64,000 nucleotides of DNA from Anaerolineales bacterium (GCA_016932475.1 JAFGCU010000025.1:30808-94807), one strand, 5' to 3'; shown: positions 9,615 to 19,404, counted from the stretch's first letter. Program-made: numbers and translations. Notes: generated by a model not told the origin, from the letters alone.

Positions 9615-9773
9615 CTCCGTTTGGATTCATCCGGGTTGGATTCTTACATCCATCCGCGCGCAACTCCCTTCCGAGGTTGCCCGGAAAAGAAAGCGCCTCA
9701 CCGTCTATCGACCGGTAAGGCGCTGAATTGTCGGCAGGACGGATCGTCCATTTAAAGAAGGGACTTTCTCCGC

Positions 9774-10112
9774 TTACCAGTCTCGACGGTTGCCCCCGCC
9801 GCCGCCACGGCCGCCGCGCCCGCCTCCGCCGCCCCCGCGGTCGAAGCCGCCCCGCCCGCGTTCTTCCCGCGGCTTGGCCAGGTTGACGGTCAGGATGCGA
9901 TCCCCCATTTTGGTTTCTTTGAACATGGCGATCGCGGCCTGGGCTTCGGCCTGGGTTTCCATTTCCACGAACCCAAACCCTTTGGAGCGGCCGGTATCCC
10001 GGTCTTTGATGATGGCCACGGATTTTACGGTGCCGGCCTGGGCGAACATGGTCTGCAGCTCTTCCTCCGTGGTGGAATAAGCCAGATTGCCCACATACAG
10101 TTTCGATTCCAT
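9774..10112 (-). CDS. RRM RNA-binding protein with Gly/Arg-rich tail
   Basis: KLYVGNL (RNP2), KGFGFVEM (RNP1), RGG tail. Confidence 0.95.
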   Translation of the reverse strand: MESKLYVGNLAYSTTEEELQTMFAQAGTVKSVAIIKDRDTGRSKGFGFVEMETQAEAQAAIAMFKETKMGDRILTVNLAKPREERGRGGFDRGGGGGGRGGRGGGGGNRRDW

Positions 10113-10397
10113 CTCTTCTCCAATGAACGCCAGCTTGAGTCCCCCGATGGGGGAACAAAGAGGATTTGAATTAGTTTATCACAGGATCGCGCATCCATGC
10201 AGCCCGCAACGGAAAAGAAAAAGTTGGGATCGCCCTTCGATGCGCCGCGATGACGGGCAGTTTTTCCAAGCGACTGCCCGGCAGAACGGACACCCCTTAG
10301 AAGAGGATTGTGAACCTGCCCGCTCCGGTAACGGTCGTTCCCACGGATTAACTAAACAAATTTCATCGGGAATGGTAGAATTGCCCATGAGGAGAAA

Positions 10398-11300
10398 ATG
10401 AACGCGAAGCGTTTTAATTTCAGCCCCCGTTTGCTGCTTTTCTTCTTGGGGGGATTTGCCGTCTTACTGGCGGCGGCAGCCTGTCAACCGTTACCGGCCT
10501 CCGCCACTGGGCCGGCCGTACCGCCCGAAACAATTTTAAATACGGTGATCCATACCGTCGAAGTGACCCGCCTTGTGGAAGTCCCCGTGACGGTCACCCT
10601 CACCCCCACGCCCGACAAGAGCCCGACCCCTACCGGCACGCCCACGATCACCGAGACGCCGACGCCAACGCCCAGCCATACTTCCACCCCGACCTATTCC
10701 CCGCCGAGGATCCGCGTGAAGATGTGGTCGCAATGCCGCTACGGCCCGGGCGTTGGCTACCTGTATGAATACGATTTATTCGAGGGCAACCTGATGGAAG
10801 TGATCGGCTGGCGGGAGATCCTCTCGCAGCAGAGGGATGGGACCTGGCAACCGAGCGTCTGGCTGTATGTCCGCGCGGTCGGCGGCGTTAATATATGCTG
10901 GGTCAATTCCAATCTGGTGGAGGCTGTGCGCGGGGATATCTTCGACGCGCCGGTATTCACCTCGTTTCTGCCCACTTCCCAGTTGTACCGGGCTCCCAAA
11001 GCCGTCGAGGCGTGGCGGGACGGGAATATGGTGACCGTGATGTGGAGTTCGATCTGGATGACCGAGGATGATTACCGCGGCTATCTGATCGAAACCTGGG
11101 TGTGTCACGGCGGCCAGCTGTATTTCGCCCCGGTCGGCTATAACGGCGTCAATGTCGCCAATCCGGCCGTGCAGGTCCCCGACGAACCCGGATGCTCCGA
11201 ACTTTCCGGCGGCCGGTTGTATGCCGCCGAAAAACACGGTTACACCACTTGGATTCAGATTCCCTGGCCGGATTTCGACTCCACGAAGAGCACGAAGTAA
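10398..11300 (+). CDS. Hypothetical lipoprotein with Pro/Thr linker and SH3-like/Ig-like domains
   Basis: Lipobox LAAAAC, TPTPT linker, CRYGPG motif. Confidence 0.75.
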   Translation: MNAKRFNFSPRLLLFFLGGFAVLLAAAACQPLPASATGPAVPPETILNTVIHTVEVTRLVEVPVTVTLTPTPDKSPTPTGTPTITETPTPTPSHTSTPTYSPPRIRVKMWSQCRYGPGVGYLYEYDLFEGNLMEVIGWREILSQQRDGTWQPSVWLYVRAVGGVNICWVNSNLVEAVRGDIFDAPVFTSFLPTSQLYRAPKAVEAWRDGNMVTVMWSSIWMTEDDYRGYLIETWVCHGGQLYFAPVGYNGVNVANPAVQVPDEPGCSELSGGRLYAAEKHGYTTWIQIPWPDFDSTKSTK

Positions 11301-11449
11301 ACCGGAAGAACACGAAGGAAACAGGCCGTCATGCTTCGCTGCCCTGCGCGAACCGCAGGGCAGCGAAGCATCTGTGTTTGTGATTGAGAACCCTTCGCTG
11401 CTCTCAGAGTGACGGTACTTGGTTTTCTTTCCCTCCGTGTCCTTCGTGG
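11281..11449. repeat. Nested repeat: CACGAAG-type outer inverted repeats enclosing a CGTC-tagged REP-like dimer
   Basis: ccacgaagagcacgaag 11281-11297 vs ctccgtgtccttcgtgg 11433-11449; perfect 18-bp stem 11331-11348/11354-11371; cgtc 11327 and gacg 11411. Confidence 0.8.
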
Positions 11450-11451
11450 AA

Positions 11452-12300
11452 TCATTCGAACACGTATTCCTCATAATCGCCGATCGGCCGGTAGCCGATT
11501 TTCCGATAAATGCTGTTGGAGATGGGGTTCGCCAGATCCGCATACAGCGTGCAGTAAGCCCGCCCGTCCCGCAGAAGCATCCGGCTTAATTCCCCGACGC
11601 AGGCCGTGGCAAATCCCCGCCTTCGCAACTCCGGCGGCGTATACACCATCCCGATCGAGATCCCCCGTTTGGTCGGCCGGGTTTTGCTCGCCATCGAAAC
11701 CGGCTCTCCCGTATCCCAAATAAACACATCCCCGTCGGCCAGCTTGTATGCCGCCGATTTTTTGCATTCCTCCGGATCGGCGCGCCCCATCATCTCCAGC
11801 CGCGCGGCGTACCACCACGGGGTAAGCCGCTCAAGATCCGCCTGCTCGGCCTTTCGCAACCGGCCGCCATCCGGGGCGGGAAATTCGACCCGCGTGAGTT
11901 CATACATCCGCAGATTCTGGTGGAGGCGAAACGGTTTCTTCACGGATGCCGCCAGCTGTTCCATGACGGTCCGTGCGAGTTCCACCGGCCCGAATACTCC
12001 GGGGACCTTCCACCCCTCCCGGATCAACACGGCGGCCAACTCCGCGGCGCACTCCTCCATCCGACCGGGGTTCCCGGTCAGGAGCAGGCTGTGCGGCGGG
12101 GTCATTGTCGCGGCCAGAAGCAGCGTTCCATTTTCTTCCAAGGTCTTCAAGCAGACCGGCATCTGGAATCGTTCCGGATGCTCCACCAACTGTCCGCACA
12201 CCCCGAGTATCAGGCCGTTGGCGGCCTCGCGGGCTTCCAGATCCGCCTGCGCGGCCTGCAAGAATTCCTGTGCGGTATTATGCGTTCGAACTTGCAGCAT
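11452..12300 (-). CDS. GNAT family N-acetyltransferase
   Basis: Start MLQVRTH; GMVYTPPELRRRGFATA acetyl-CoA motif; SNSIYRKIGY. Confidence 0.9.
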   Translation of the reverse strand: MLQVRTHNTAQEFLQAAQADLEAREAANGLILGVCGQLVEHPERFQMPVCLKTLEENGTLLLAATMTPPHSLLLTGNPGRMEECAAELAAVLIREGWKVPGVFGPVELARTVMEQLAASVKKPFRLHQNLRMYELTRVEFPAPDGGRLRKAEQADLERLTPWWYAARLEMMGRADPEECKKSAAYKLADGDVFIWDTGEPVSMASKTRPTKRGISIGMVYTPPELRRRGFATACVGELSRMLLRDGRAYCTLYADLANPISNSIYRKIGYRPIGDYEEYVFE

Positions 12301-12373
12301 CGACGCCGCCTCCCGCCCGGAACATGCGCGGACGATCCGCCGTGAGCCCAAACGAATGCCCATCGAAGAATAT

Positions 12374-12952
12374 TTACGGTGCCGGATTCTTCCTGCGTTT
12401 GAAATAATACCAGGCGGATGGATGACCCGCCCCCTGCTCGTACTGATACAGATGAAAATCCGCGGCGAAGCAGGCGGTCACATCCTCCCGCGAGACGCCG
12501 CGGGTATCTCCGGGATTTTCCGGCTGCCATGCATAGAGCAGGAACAAGCCTTCCGGTTTCATCCAGCGCCCCAAGCCGCGGGCGTACCGCGCGCGATCGG
12601 CGCGGTTCAGGCTGTGGAAACAGCCCATATCCAGCGCCAGATCATACGGTCCCGGCAATCGCATCCGCTCCAGGTTGGTGACATCCGCTTGCAGCCATGC
12701 CGCCGGTCGGGATCCCAGTTTCCGCTTCGCCGCCGCAAGCGCGCGGCCGATAAAATCCACTCCCGTGATTTCCCAGCCATGCTCCGCTAGATACAACAGG
12801 TTCGTGCCCGTCCCGCACCCGAGATCGATCGCACGGCCGGGGGCAAGGCCGGCAATCGTCCGCACCAATTCGGGCGCCGGGATGCCGGTATCCCAAGGGG
12901 AATGGAATCGGTAAAGGATCGAATAGCGGAAACGGATAAACGCGGATTTCAT
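12374..12952 (-). CDS. Class I SAM-dependent methyltransferase
   Basis: PWDTG, AIDLGCGTG, GVDF, LALDMGCFH. Confidence 0.9.
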   Translation of the reverse strand: MKSAFIRFRYSILYRFHSPWDTGIPAPELVRTIAGLAPGRAIDLGCGTGTNLLYLAEHGWEITGVDFIGRALAAAKRKLGSRPAAWLQADVTNLERMRLPGPYDLALDMGCFHSLNRADRARYARGLGRWMKPEGLFLLYAWQPENPGDTRGVSREDVTACFAADFHLYQYEQGAGHPSAWYYFKRRKNPAP

Positions 12953-12974
12953 ACGCGGCCCAAAATGCACGTTT

Positions 12975-13415
12975 TTACGGGCCGACGGCCGGCGTCAAGG
13001 CGGAACGGATTTTGCGCGCCTGCTCATCCAATTCCCGGCGTTCCGGCAGGATCGCATACTCCGGCCCGTACGTAAATCCGAAACCGTCCCCGGCAAACCG
13101 CGGGAAGACATGCACATGCACGTGGAAGACCTCCTGCCCCGCCGCTTCCCCGTCGGCCAGCAGCAGGTTGACGCCCTCGCACCGAAGGCCGGAGGCCCGT
13201 ACCGCGGCGGCCAGCGCATGCGCCGCCGAAAAAAGCCGGGCGCATTCCTCCGCGTTCATATCCGCGAGAGAAACGGCATGCCTCCTGGGGATGACCAGAA
13301 CATGCCCCGGGTTCACCGGCTGGATGTCCATGAAAGCCAGGCAATTGTCGTCTTCAAACACCAAGCTCGCCGGAGATTCACCTTTTATTATTTTACAAAA
13401 AATACACGCGGGCAT
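12975..13415 (-). CDS. HIT family nucleotide hydrolase
   Basis: Start MPACIFCKII; PVNPGHVLVIP; histidine triad HVHVH; ORF-track extension upstream is spurious. Confidence 0.95.
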   Translation of the reverse strand: MPACIFCKIIKGESPASLVFEDDNCLAFMDIQPVNPGHVLVIPRRHAVSLADMNAEECARLFSAAHALAAAVRASGLRCEGVNLLLADGEAAGQEVFHVHVHVFPRFAGDGFGFTYGPEYAILPERRELDEQARKIRSALTPAVGP

Positions 13416-13482
13416 TTGATAATCCTCAATGGAAGGATTTACTATTACTGCTCGGAGATCCGAGAGTGATTGGAAAATTGTG

Positions 13483-13713
13483 CGCGGATGACGCGGAATC
13501 CCTGAATTTCGCGGAACATTTCTTTGGAAAAACCCTGAAGTATTGTATCCCATCCGCGCAATCCGCCCGTTTCCGTGAATTCCGCGTACGGGTTCTTCTG
13601 GGTTGAGCAGTAACATTTTTCGTATTTGCTCAGACCGATTTCTCTTCCGGTACACCGGATAATCCATTCTGCAAATCCGCGTAATCGGTTCTTCTCCGTG
13701 AAATCCATGTACG
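13483..13713. repeat. TCCGCG/TCCGTG-type repeats (two 40-bp direct copies plus one inverted partial copy)
   Basis: 13551-13590 vs 13674-13713 match at 30 of 40 positions; inverted cgcggatgacgcggaat at 13483-13499. Confidence 0.65.
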
Positions 13714-13767
13714 CTTTTCCCGGCATTAAATACTTTTTTGTCGTTGCTCAGGCCTCCTCCTATACAC

Positions 13768-13871
13768 TGTCCTAACCTCCGATCTCCCAACCCTCCTTTC
13801 GCTTCGCTCGAGGAGGGCGCCTGAACCTCGGTATTCTTCGAGGTGAAGGCGGGGAGAGGGGGGTAGGACAG
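13768..13871. repeat. Pyrimidine/purine-tract palindromic element (CCCTC family)
   Basis: Outer ctgtccta/taggacag, inner ccctcct..aggaggg around gcttcgctc and aacctcg..cgaggtg hairpins. Confidence 0.7.
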
Positions 13872-14226
13872 CAAAGGTAAGCAGATACCTTTTTTTCTAA
13901 TTACTCAGCCTGGGGATTGTTGTGCCGGTGCCTCCCCCCGCGCCTGCCCTCCGAGCGATGAGCGCCGGCGGTTTCCCGGTGCGAAGTTTTCGCGAGCGGG
14001 GGACGCATTCCGGCTCGTTTCTGGTTCATGAGCCGGGATGAATGAAACGCGTGGGTGTACCAGGCCGGTATCCATAAACCGCGGAAATCACTGGACCCCG
14101 GCCTCGCGCACGCCGGGGTGACGGATGAAACCGGGCACATCCGGAGCGTGCATGGGCGAATTTTACCCGGAGCAGTGTTGCGGGAGCATGGTAAGAGGGG
14201 AAGGCTGAGCGGTTGCCTTTTTCCAT

Positions 14227-15216
14227 TTACCCATGGGCTCCCAGCGCACGCAGCGCCCGGAGGGTGACCCATTTATTTGGCTTCTTCTTTGGCCCGTAGT
14301 CTGCCCAGGTCTTTCCGGCATAATCGTATTCCAGCAGCCATTTCCCGTCCTTGGTTCGTTTTCCTTCCACCAGGCCGGCAAGGTTGTTCGATCGGCGGTC
14401 CTTCCCGTATCCCAGCGCGGTCAACACTTCGAGGATCTGAAGGACATCGGTGATATAAAACACCGGAAATCCGAACTTGAACCAGCTCAGACTGGGTTTC
14501 GCGGTCCACCCGCAGGGGTAACCGGCCGTGGCGGGATCGACGCTGAAAAGAAAACGGATCCCCCGCGCCACGGCTTTCTGGATGGCGGGAGTGATGTTTT
14601 TTTCCGGAAGGACGCTGAAGGCGCGCATTACTTTGACCGCGCCCCAGGCGCAGGGAAGATTGTTGTTGGCGCCGCAGGCGAAATCCGGCCCGCACTTGCC
14701 GGCATAGTACCGGACGGCGGCGTCCTTATCCTTCCTCGGGGCGATTCCGTCGCCGGTGACGCTGCGGGCCATCCAATCGTACGCGACAGGCAAGCGGGCA
14801 TCTTCGCAGCCCAGCGCGGTCAGCGCCCAGCACAGATTGCCCTGCATGCAGTCCGCGGTTCCGGAAGGCGCTCCGGTGGCGGTCACCTGGCCGCCTTCGG
14901 CGAGGCCATGGTCGAGGAAATACCTGCATGCGATGCCAATCCGCTTGTCCGCCCGAACCGAGCCGCCGAGTTCCGCCAGCTGGATGAGCGACCATACGGT
15001 CGAAAAATATTTCGGATTGTATCCGGGGCCGGGTTCGGACCAGTACCCCTCGGGCTTCATCTTCGCCAGGACGGCCCCGATCGGCCCGTCGGCGTGCGCT
15101 TTTTTCTGTTCCTTCCGCGCCGCCTCGCGATCCAAATAAATATCCCGCAGCGCGAGGTAGCGCACTCCGGGATCCTCTTTTTCCAGAAGCCACTCCGCGG
15201 TATTGCGGATTTCCAT
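14227..15216 (-). CDS. Prenyltransferase/squalene-oxidase-repeat (alpha/alpha barrel) protein of unknown function
   Basis: WLLE..DPGVRYLAL, YNPKYFSTVWSLIQLAELG, FGFPVFYITDVLQ, KPNKWVTLRAL; start could also be 15231. Confidence 0.75.
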   Translation of the reverse strand: MEIRNTAEWLLEKEDPGVRYLALRDIYLDREAARKEQKKAHADGPIGAVLAKMKPEGYWSEPGPGYNPKYFSTVWSLIQLAELGGSVRADKRIGIACRYFLDHGLAEGGQVTATGAPSGTADCMQGNLCWALTALGCEDARLPVAYDWMARSVTGDGIAPRKDKDAAVRYYAGKCGPDFACGANNNLPCAWGAVKVMRAFSVLPEKNITPAIQKAVARGIRFLFSVDPATAGYPCGWTAKPSLSWFKFGFPVFYITDVLQILEVLTALGYGKDRRSNNLAGLVEGKRTKDGKWLLEYDYAGKTWADYGPKKKPNKWVTLRALRALGAHG

Positions 15217-15335
15217 TTTATCGATGGGCATATGTCATCCTACCGTCATTCCACGGGGGAAAAACAGCCGCAGCGCGGCGTTCAACAAATACATGAAAAT
15301 TATAAGGACGATCCGAAAAAAGCAAAGGGTGAATA

Positions 15336-15908
15336 TCAGCTCCGACCGGCGCCCCCCGGCCGGAAATCCGCCTTGCGGACGGCGTAAATGGCATCGTCGA
15401 CCAGTTCGCCGCGGATGACCATGCTGGCGGGCATAAACACCTCTTTGCGCATTCCGATTCTTTCCAGCAACCGGATCGAGGGTTTGTTGCGCGGATCGAC
15501 GCTGGCATACACCCGGTCCTTGCCCATCGTTTCGAAGGCGAACCGGCAGACCTCCCTGAGCGCTTCGGCGGCCAGCCCCCGGCGCCGGAACGCGGGCGAG
15601 AGTGTGATCCCGGCTTCCACCTGCGTGGATTCCGTCTCGGGAAAATGCATGCCCACATCGCCGATCATGAGTCCGTTCTCCCGCAGCGTCATCGCCATGG
15701 AAAACCAGGTGCCGCGGACGCCCGGCGCCAATCCCTTCAGCTTCTCAATGAAGGCCCGCACCTCCGCTTCGTCCGCGGGCCGCCAAACCTGGTAGCGCGA
15801 AACGTCCGGCCGGGACCGGTACCGGTACATCGTTTCGGCGTCCTCGGATCGAAGCGGCCGCAGGATTAATCGGGGTGTGGAAAGGGCGAATTCTTTACTC
15901 CGGTCCAT
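15336..15908 (-). CDS. GNAT (RimJ/RimL-like) N-acetyltransferase
   Basis: TPRLILRP, FRRRGLAAEAL, DPRNKPSIRLLERIGMRKE. Confidence 0.9.
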   Translation of the reverse strand: MDRSKEFALSTPRLILRPLRSEDAETMYRYRSRPDVSRYQVWRPADEAEVRAFIEKLKGLAPGVRGTWFSMAMTLRENGLMIGDVGMHFPETESTQVEAGITLSPAFRRRGLAAEALREVCRFAFETMGKDRVYASVDPRNKPSIRLLERIGMRKEVFMPASMVIRGELVDDAIYAVRKADFRPGGAGRS

Positions 15909-15912
15909 CGGC

Positions 15913-16620
15913 CTAGTTCCTGTTCGTGCAGAGATACGATGCCCTGAATCCGTCCGCGTAATCCGCCTGGTCGATTCGGAATCCCGCCCGTTCCAGCATC
16001 CCCTCCATAATCCAGTCATACGTGCTGTGTTCGTCGCGGATGTGCGTTTCCACTTCGGCGGCAAATGTATCCCCCGCCTCTTCCTTCATCGACCCGATCC
16101 AGGCTTCCATCTGCCCGCGGAGATCCTCTTCGCCGCCGGGAAAGACGATATCGAAAAGGTACAACCGGCCCCCGGGTTTCAGGATCCGGGCCAGCCGCCG
16201 CAGCCCAATGTACTTCCAGAAGTCCGGCAAGTGATGCAGCGCGCCACTGGAGACGATGAAATCCACCGGATCCGCGGTGTGCGCATACGTGAGGAACCCG
16301 CCCTGCCGGAAAACAATGTTCTTGAGATCCCGCGCGGCGGCCTGCCCGCGGCAGTATTCCAGCATCGCCCGCGAGACATCCACGGCGTAGACCGTCCTGC
16401 ACAACGGCGCGGCATGCAGGGCAAAGGCTCCCGTGCCGGCGCCCATATCCAGGACGGTATCCTCAAGCCTTACGCCCAGCCGTTCGATAACGGCCTCCGC
16501 TTCCCGGCGGTAGTCGCGGAAACGCTTATGGCGCTCATCGTACACGGCAACCTGGGAGGGATCGCTGTAATCCACCCCCGAATGCCGCAACTCGTCGTAG
16601 TGCCAGGCGGGTCGATTCAT
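15913..16620 (-). CDS. Class I SAM-dependent methyltransferase
   Basis: VLDMGAGTG, AVDVSRAML, ALHHLPDFWK, LKPGG. Confidence 0.9.
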   Translation of the reverse strand: MNRPAWHYDELRHSGVDYSDPSQVAVYDERHKRFRDYRREAEAVIERLGVRLEDTVLDMGAGTGAFALHAAPLCRTVYAVDVSRAMLEYCRGQAAARDLKNIVFRQGGFLTYAHTADPVDFIVSSGALHHLPDFWKYIGLRRLARILKPGGRLYLFDIVFPGGEEDLRGQMEAWIGSMKEEAGDTFAAEVETHIRDEHSTYDWIMEGMLERAGFRIDQADYADGFRASYLCTNRN

Positions 16621-16725
16621 CCCATCTCCATCCGGAACGGATTTTTACAGGGCGGTCCCTTGGACGATTTCAGAATTTCCCATGTTTTTTTCGGGTCGTG
16701 CCGGGCGGATCCGGCGTTGGCATCG

Positions 16726-17067
16726 TTACTTTTGATTGTCCAGCGTTCGCAGAAACCGCATGGATTGAATGATGGACAGGATGAAGGAAGCAGCGAAAAT
16801 CCCCAAGTTTCCAAAGGCATAGGCGTCAAGCGAGATTTCGGGGATGAGTGCAAGGCCGATCGCGCCGAGAATGGCGCAAAGCCCGACGAACACCAGCCAT
16901 TTGCCGGTGTAGGCGTTTACGGAATACCACAGCTCCGGGTCCTCCAACGTCCATCGGATCCGGAATCCATACCAGGGATTGGGGCGGATCTTCCGCAGGA
17001 TTAATGGGATGGACAACAATATCAGAAGCAATCCCCCAAGGATGTAAATCGTTTTTAGGAGGGTCAT
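16726..17067 (-). CDS. SdpI/YhfL family membrane protein
   Basis: PNPWYGFRIRWTL...W...N..TGK motif, three TM helices. Confidence 0.85.
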   Translation of the reverse strand: MTLLKTIYILGGLLLILLSIPLILRKIRPNPWYGFRIRWTLEDPELWYSVNAYTGKWLVFVGLCAILGAIGLALIPEISLDAYAFGNLGIFAASFILSIIQSMRFLRTLDNQK

Positions 17068-17416
17068 GGGTTCCCAACTCCGAGTTATCCGTGTCTGGCG
17101 AAGCGGCAGCCGCCCTGGGGTTCCTCTGAATCCGGCGCGCGGGGATTCCGGCCGTCTGCAACACGCGGCGTATTTATTCTATCAAAGAATTGCGTTCCCG
17201 ATCTTCGGATGCGATCGCTCCGGCCAGACAGTCCGGCCGACGCCGCCTTCCATCCGCCATGGATGCGCGCATTCCGGGAAAAAGACGGTCGAGCATCTGC
17301 TTCACCGCGCCGGCTTCTGCCCGCCGGAAGCATTTCCCCGCCAAACCATAGTCAGAATGCGGAAGAAGCGATAAACTTGCTCCATTCAATCCCACCCCGG
17401 AAAAGGACTCCAACCC

Positions 17417-18817
17417 ATGGGCGGTTTTTTTGGCGTTGTCTCCAAAGAAGATTGCGTTAACGACCTGTTCTACGGGACCGATTACCACTCGCATTTGGGA
17501 ACCAGCCGGGGCGGGATGGTGGTTTGGGGGAAGAGGGGTTTTGAACGCGCGATCCACAACATCGAGAACTCCCAGTTCCGCTCCAAATTCGAAGACGACC
17601 TGCGAAAAATGGACGGCACCATGGGCATCGGGTGCATCAGCGACACGGAAGCCCAGCCGCTGATCATCCGCTCCCACCTGGGGCATTACACGCTGACCAC
17701 CGTCGGCCGGATCAACAACATCGAGCCCATCGCCAAACAGGCCTACACCGACCACACCGCGCATTTCCTCGAAATGAGCGGCAGCGAACTCAATCCCACC
17801 GAATTGGTGGCCTCGCTCATCGACCAGGGTTCTTCGGTCATCGATGGAATCCGCCGGGCGCAGGACATCATCGACGGCTCATGCTCCATGCTGCTCCTGA
17901 CGGCCGAGGGCATTTATGCCGCGCGCGACCGGTTCGGCCGCACCCCCGTCATCCTCGGCGAGAAGGATGGCGCCTACTGCGTCACCATGGAAAGCTGCGC
18001 CCTGCCCAATCTGGATTTCCGCGTTCATTCCGAACTCGGGCCGGGCGAGATCGTCCTGATCACCCCGGATGGGATTCAACAACTTTCCCCGCCCGGGACC
18101 ACGCTCCGGATCTGCGCCTTCCTCTGGGTCTATTACGGCTACCCGGCCTCCACCTACGAAGGCATCAACGTGGAAGTGATGCGCAACCGCAGCGGAGCCG
18201 CCCTGGCCCGCCGCGACAGCGTCGCGGTGGATTTGGTGGCGGGCGTCCCCGATTCCGGGATCGGCCACGCGATCGGATACGCCAACCAGGCTCAGATTCC
18301 CTACAGCCGCCCGTTCGTCAAGTACACGCCCACCTGGCCGCGCAGTTTCATGCCGCAGGACCAGCACGTCCGCAACCTCGTGGCGCGCATGAAGCTCATC
18401 CCGGTTTTCGAGTTGATCCAGGGCAAGCGCCTGCTTCTGTGCGAGGATTCGATCGTGCGCGGCACCCAGCTGCGTGAAACGATCGACCGGCTGTACGATT
18501 ACGGCGCCAAGGAAGTCCACATGCGCCCGGCCTGCCCGCCGCTCATTTACGGCTGCCGGTTCCTCAACTTCTCCCGCTCCCGTTCGGATTTCGACCTGGC
18601 CGGACGGCAGGCGATCCGGGAACTCGAGGGCCAGGAGGATGTTAACCTCGCCGAATATGCGGCGCCGGATTCCGCCAAGCAGCAGGCGATGATCGACCGG
18701 ATCCGCACCCGTTTGAATCTGACCACCCTGCGCTACCAGGCGCTTTCGGATATGGTCGAAGCGATCGATCTCCCCAAAGAGAAGGTCTGCACGTATTGCT
18801 GGGACGGGGTGGGTTGA
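17417..18817 (+). CDS. purF: Amidophosphoribosyltransferase (Fe-S type) lacking the N-terminal catalytic Cys
   Basis: PRPP loop LLCEDSIVRGT, VAGVPDSG, Fe-S Cys in CAFLW/CPP/CTYC; N-terminus MGGFFG. Confidence 0.9.
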   Translation: MGGFFGVVSKEDCVNDLFYGTDYHSHLGTSRGGMVVWGKRGFERAIHNIENSQFRSKFEDDLRKMDGTMGIGCISDTEAQPLIIRSHLGHYTLTTVGRINNIEPIAKQAYTDHTAHFLEMSGSELNPTELVASLIDQGSSVIDGIRRAQDIIDGSCSMLLLTAEGIYAARDRFGRTPVILGEKDGAYCVTMESCALPNLDFRVHSELGPGEIVLITPDGIQQLSPPGTTLRICAFLWVYYGYPASTYEGINVEVMRNRSGAALARRDSVAVDLVAGVPDSGIGHAIGYANQAQIPYSRPFVKYTPTWPRSFMPQDQHVRNLVARMKLIPVFELIQGKRLLLCEDSIVRGTQLRETIDRLYDYGAKEVHMRPACPPLIYGCRFLNFSRSRSDFDLAGRQAIRELEGQEDVNLAEYAAPDSAKQQAMIDRIRTRLNLTTLRYQALSDMVEAIDLPKEKVCTYCWDGVG

Positions 18818-18858
18818 TCCTTGCGGTTTTTTGGGCGCGTCGACTGCCATTGGAATCG

Positions 18859-18886
18859 AAAATCCCGGTCTCCCGGGATTTTTTTT
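18859..18886. terminator. Intrinsic terminator, probably bidirectional
   Basis: aaaatcccgg-tctc-ccgggatttt followed by T tract between convergent purF and DUF3795 genes. Confidence 0.85.
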
Positions 18887-18907
18887 CGCCGTCCAGCGGA
18901 TTATCGA

Positions 18908-19324
18908 TTACCGCAGTGGATGACCGGACTGGCGCAATTCCTCGAGCCGCGCCAGATTCTCATACGGCCGGATGAACGACCGATAATCCTGTTCGGAAAT
19001 TTCCATCCCGGTCTTTGCCTCAAGTTCCGGCAGGGCAACAATACGTTCCTTCAACTTCGGGCAGATATACTCCCCGCACTCCGAACAGTTGTCCAGGCCT
19101 TTGGCAATCACGCACGGCCGGACCGGGCAGCCGGGATCGATCAGTTTGGGATCCTCTTCCCGGCAGCCCTCGCAATAAATCCCTTCCTCCGGAATCCGAA
19201 AGCCGAAATAGTTAAACCAGCCGTCGCTGAGTTTGCTCCGGTTGGAGGGATCGTTTTCGATGTTCGGCTTATACGCCAGGCACAGGTCGCAACGGTATCC
19301 GCAGCGGGTCAGGACCGGTTCCAT
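18908..19324 (-). CDS. DUF3795 family Cys-rich protein
   Basis: CGYRCDLC, CEGC, C.VRPC...KGLDNCSECGEYIC. Confidence 0.85.
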   Translation of the reverse strand: MEPVLTRCGYRCDLCLAYKPNIENDPSNRSKLSDGWFNYFGFRIPEEGIYCEGCREEDPKLIDPGCPVRPCVIAKGLDNCSECGEYICPKLKERIVALPELEAKTGMEISEQDYRSFIRPYENLARLEELRQSGHPLR

Positions 19325-19404
19325 CCCTTTTCCTTTCACCGCATCCATCCGTTCCGGCCCCGAAGCAAGTCCGGACCAGGGGAATCCTTTTTTCCGAAAA
19401 ACAC

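Noticed and set aside
14227-15216. nifH
   Set aside because: I recall this family being mislabelled NifH, but there is no Walker A motif or NifH Cys pattern.
11452-17067. Integron cassette array (co-oriented GNAT, methyltransferase, HIT, SdpI genes)
   Set aside because: No RYYYAAC..GTTRRRY attC structures seen, several gaps are only 4-10 nt, no intI.
17070-17416. Purine, ZTP or PRPP riboswitch upstream of purF
   Set aside because: I could not find the conserved cores or a terminator by eye; an Infernal scan would be decisive.
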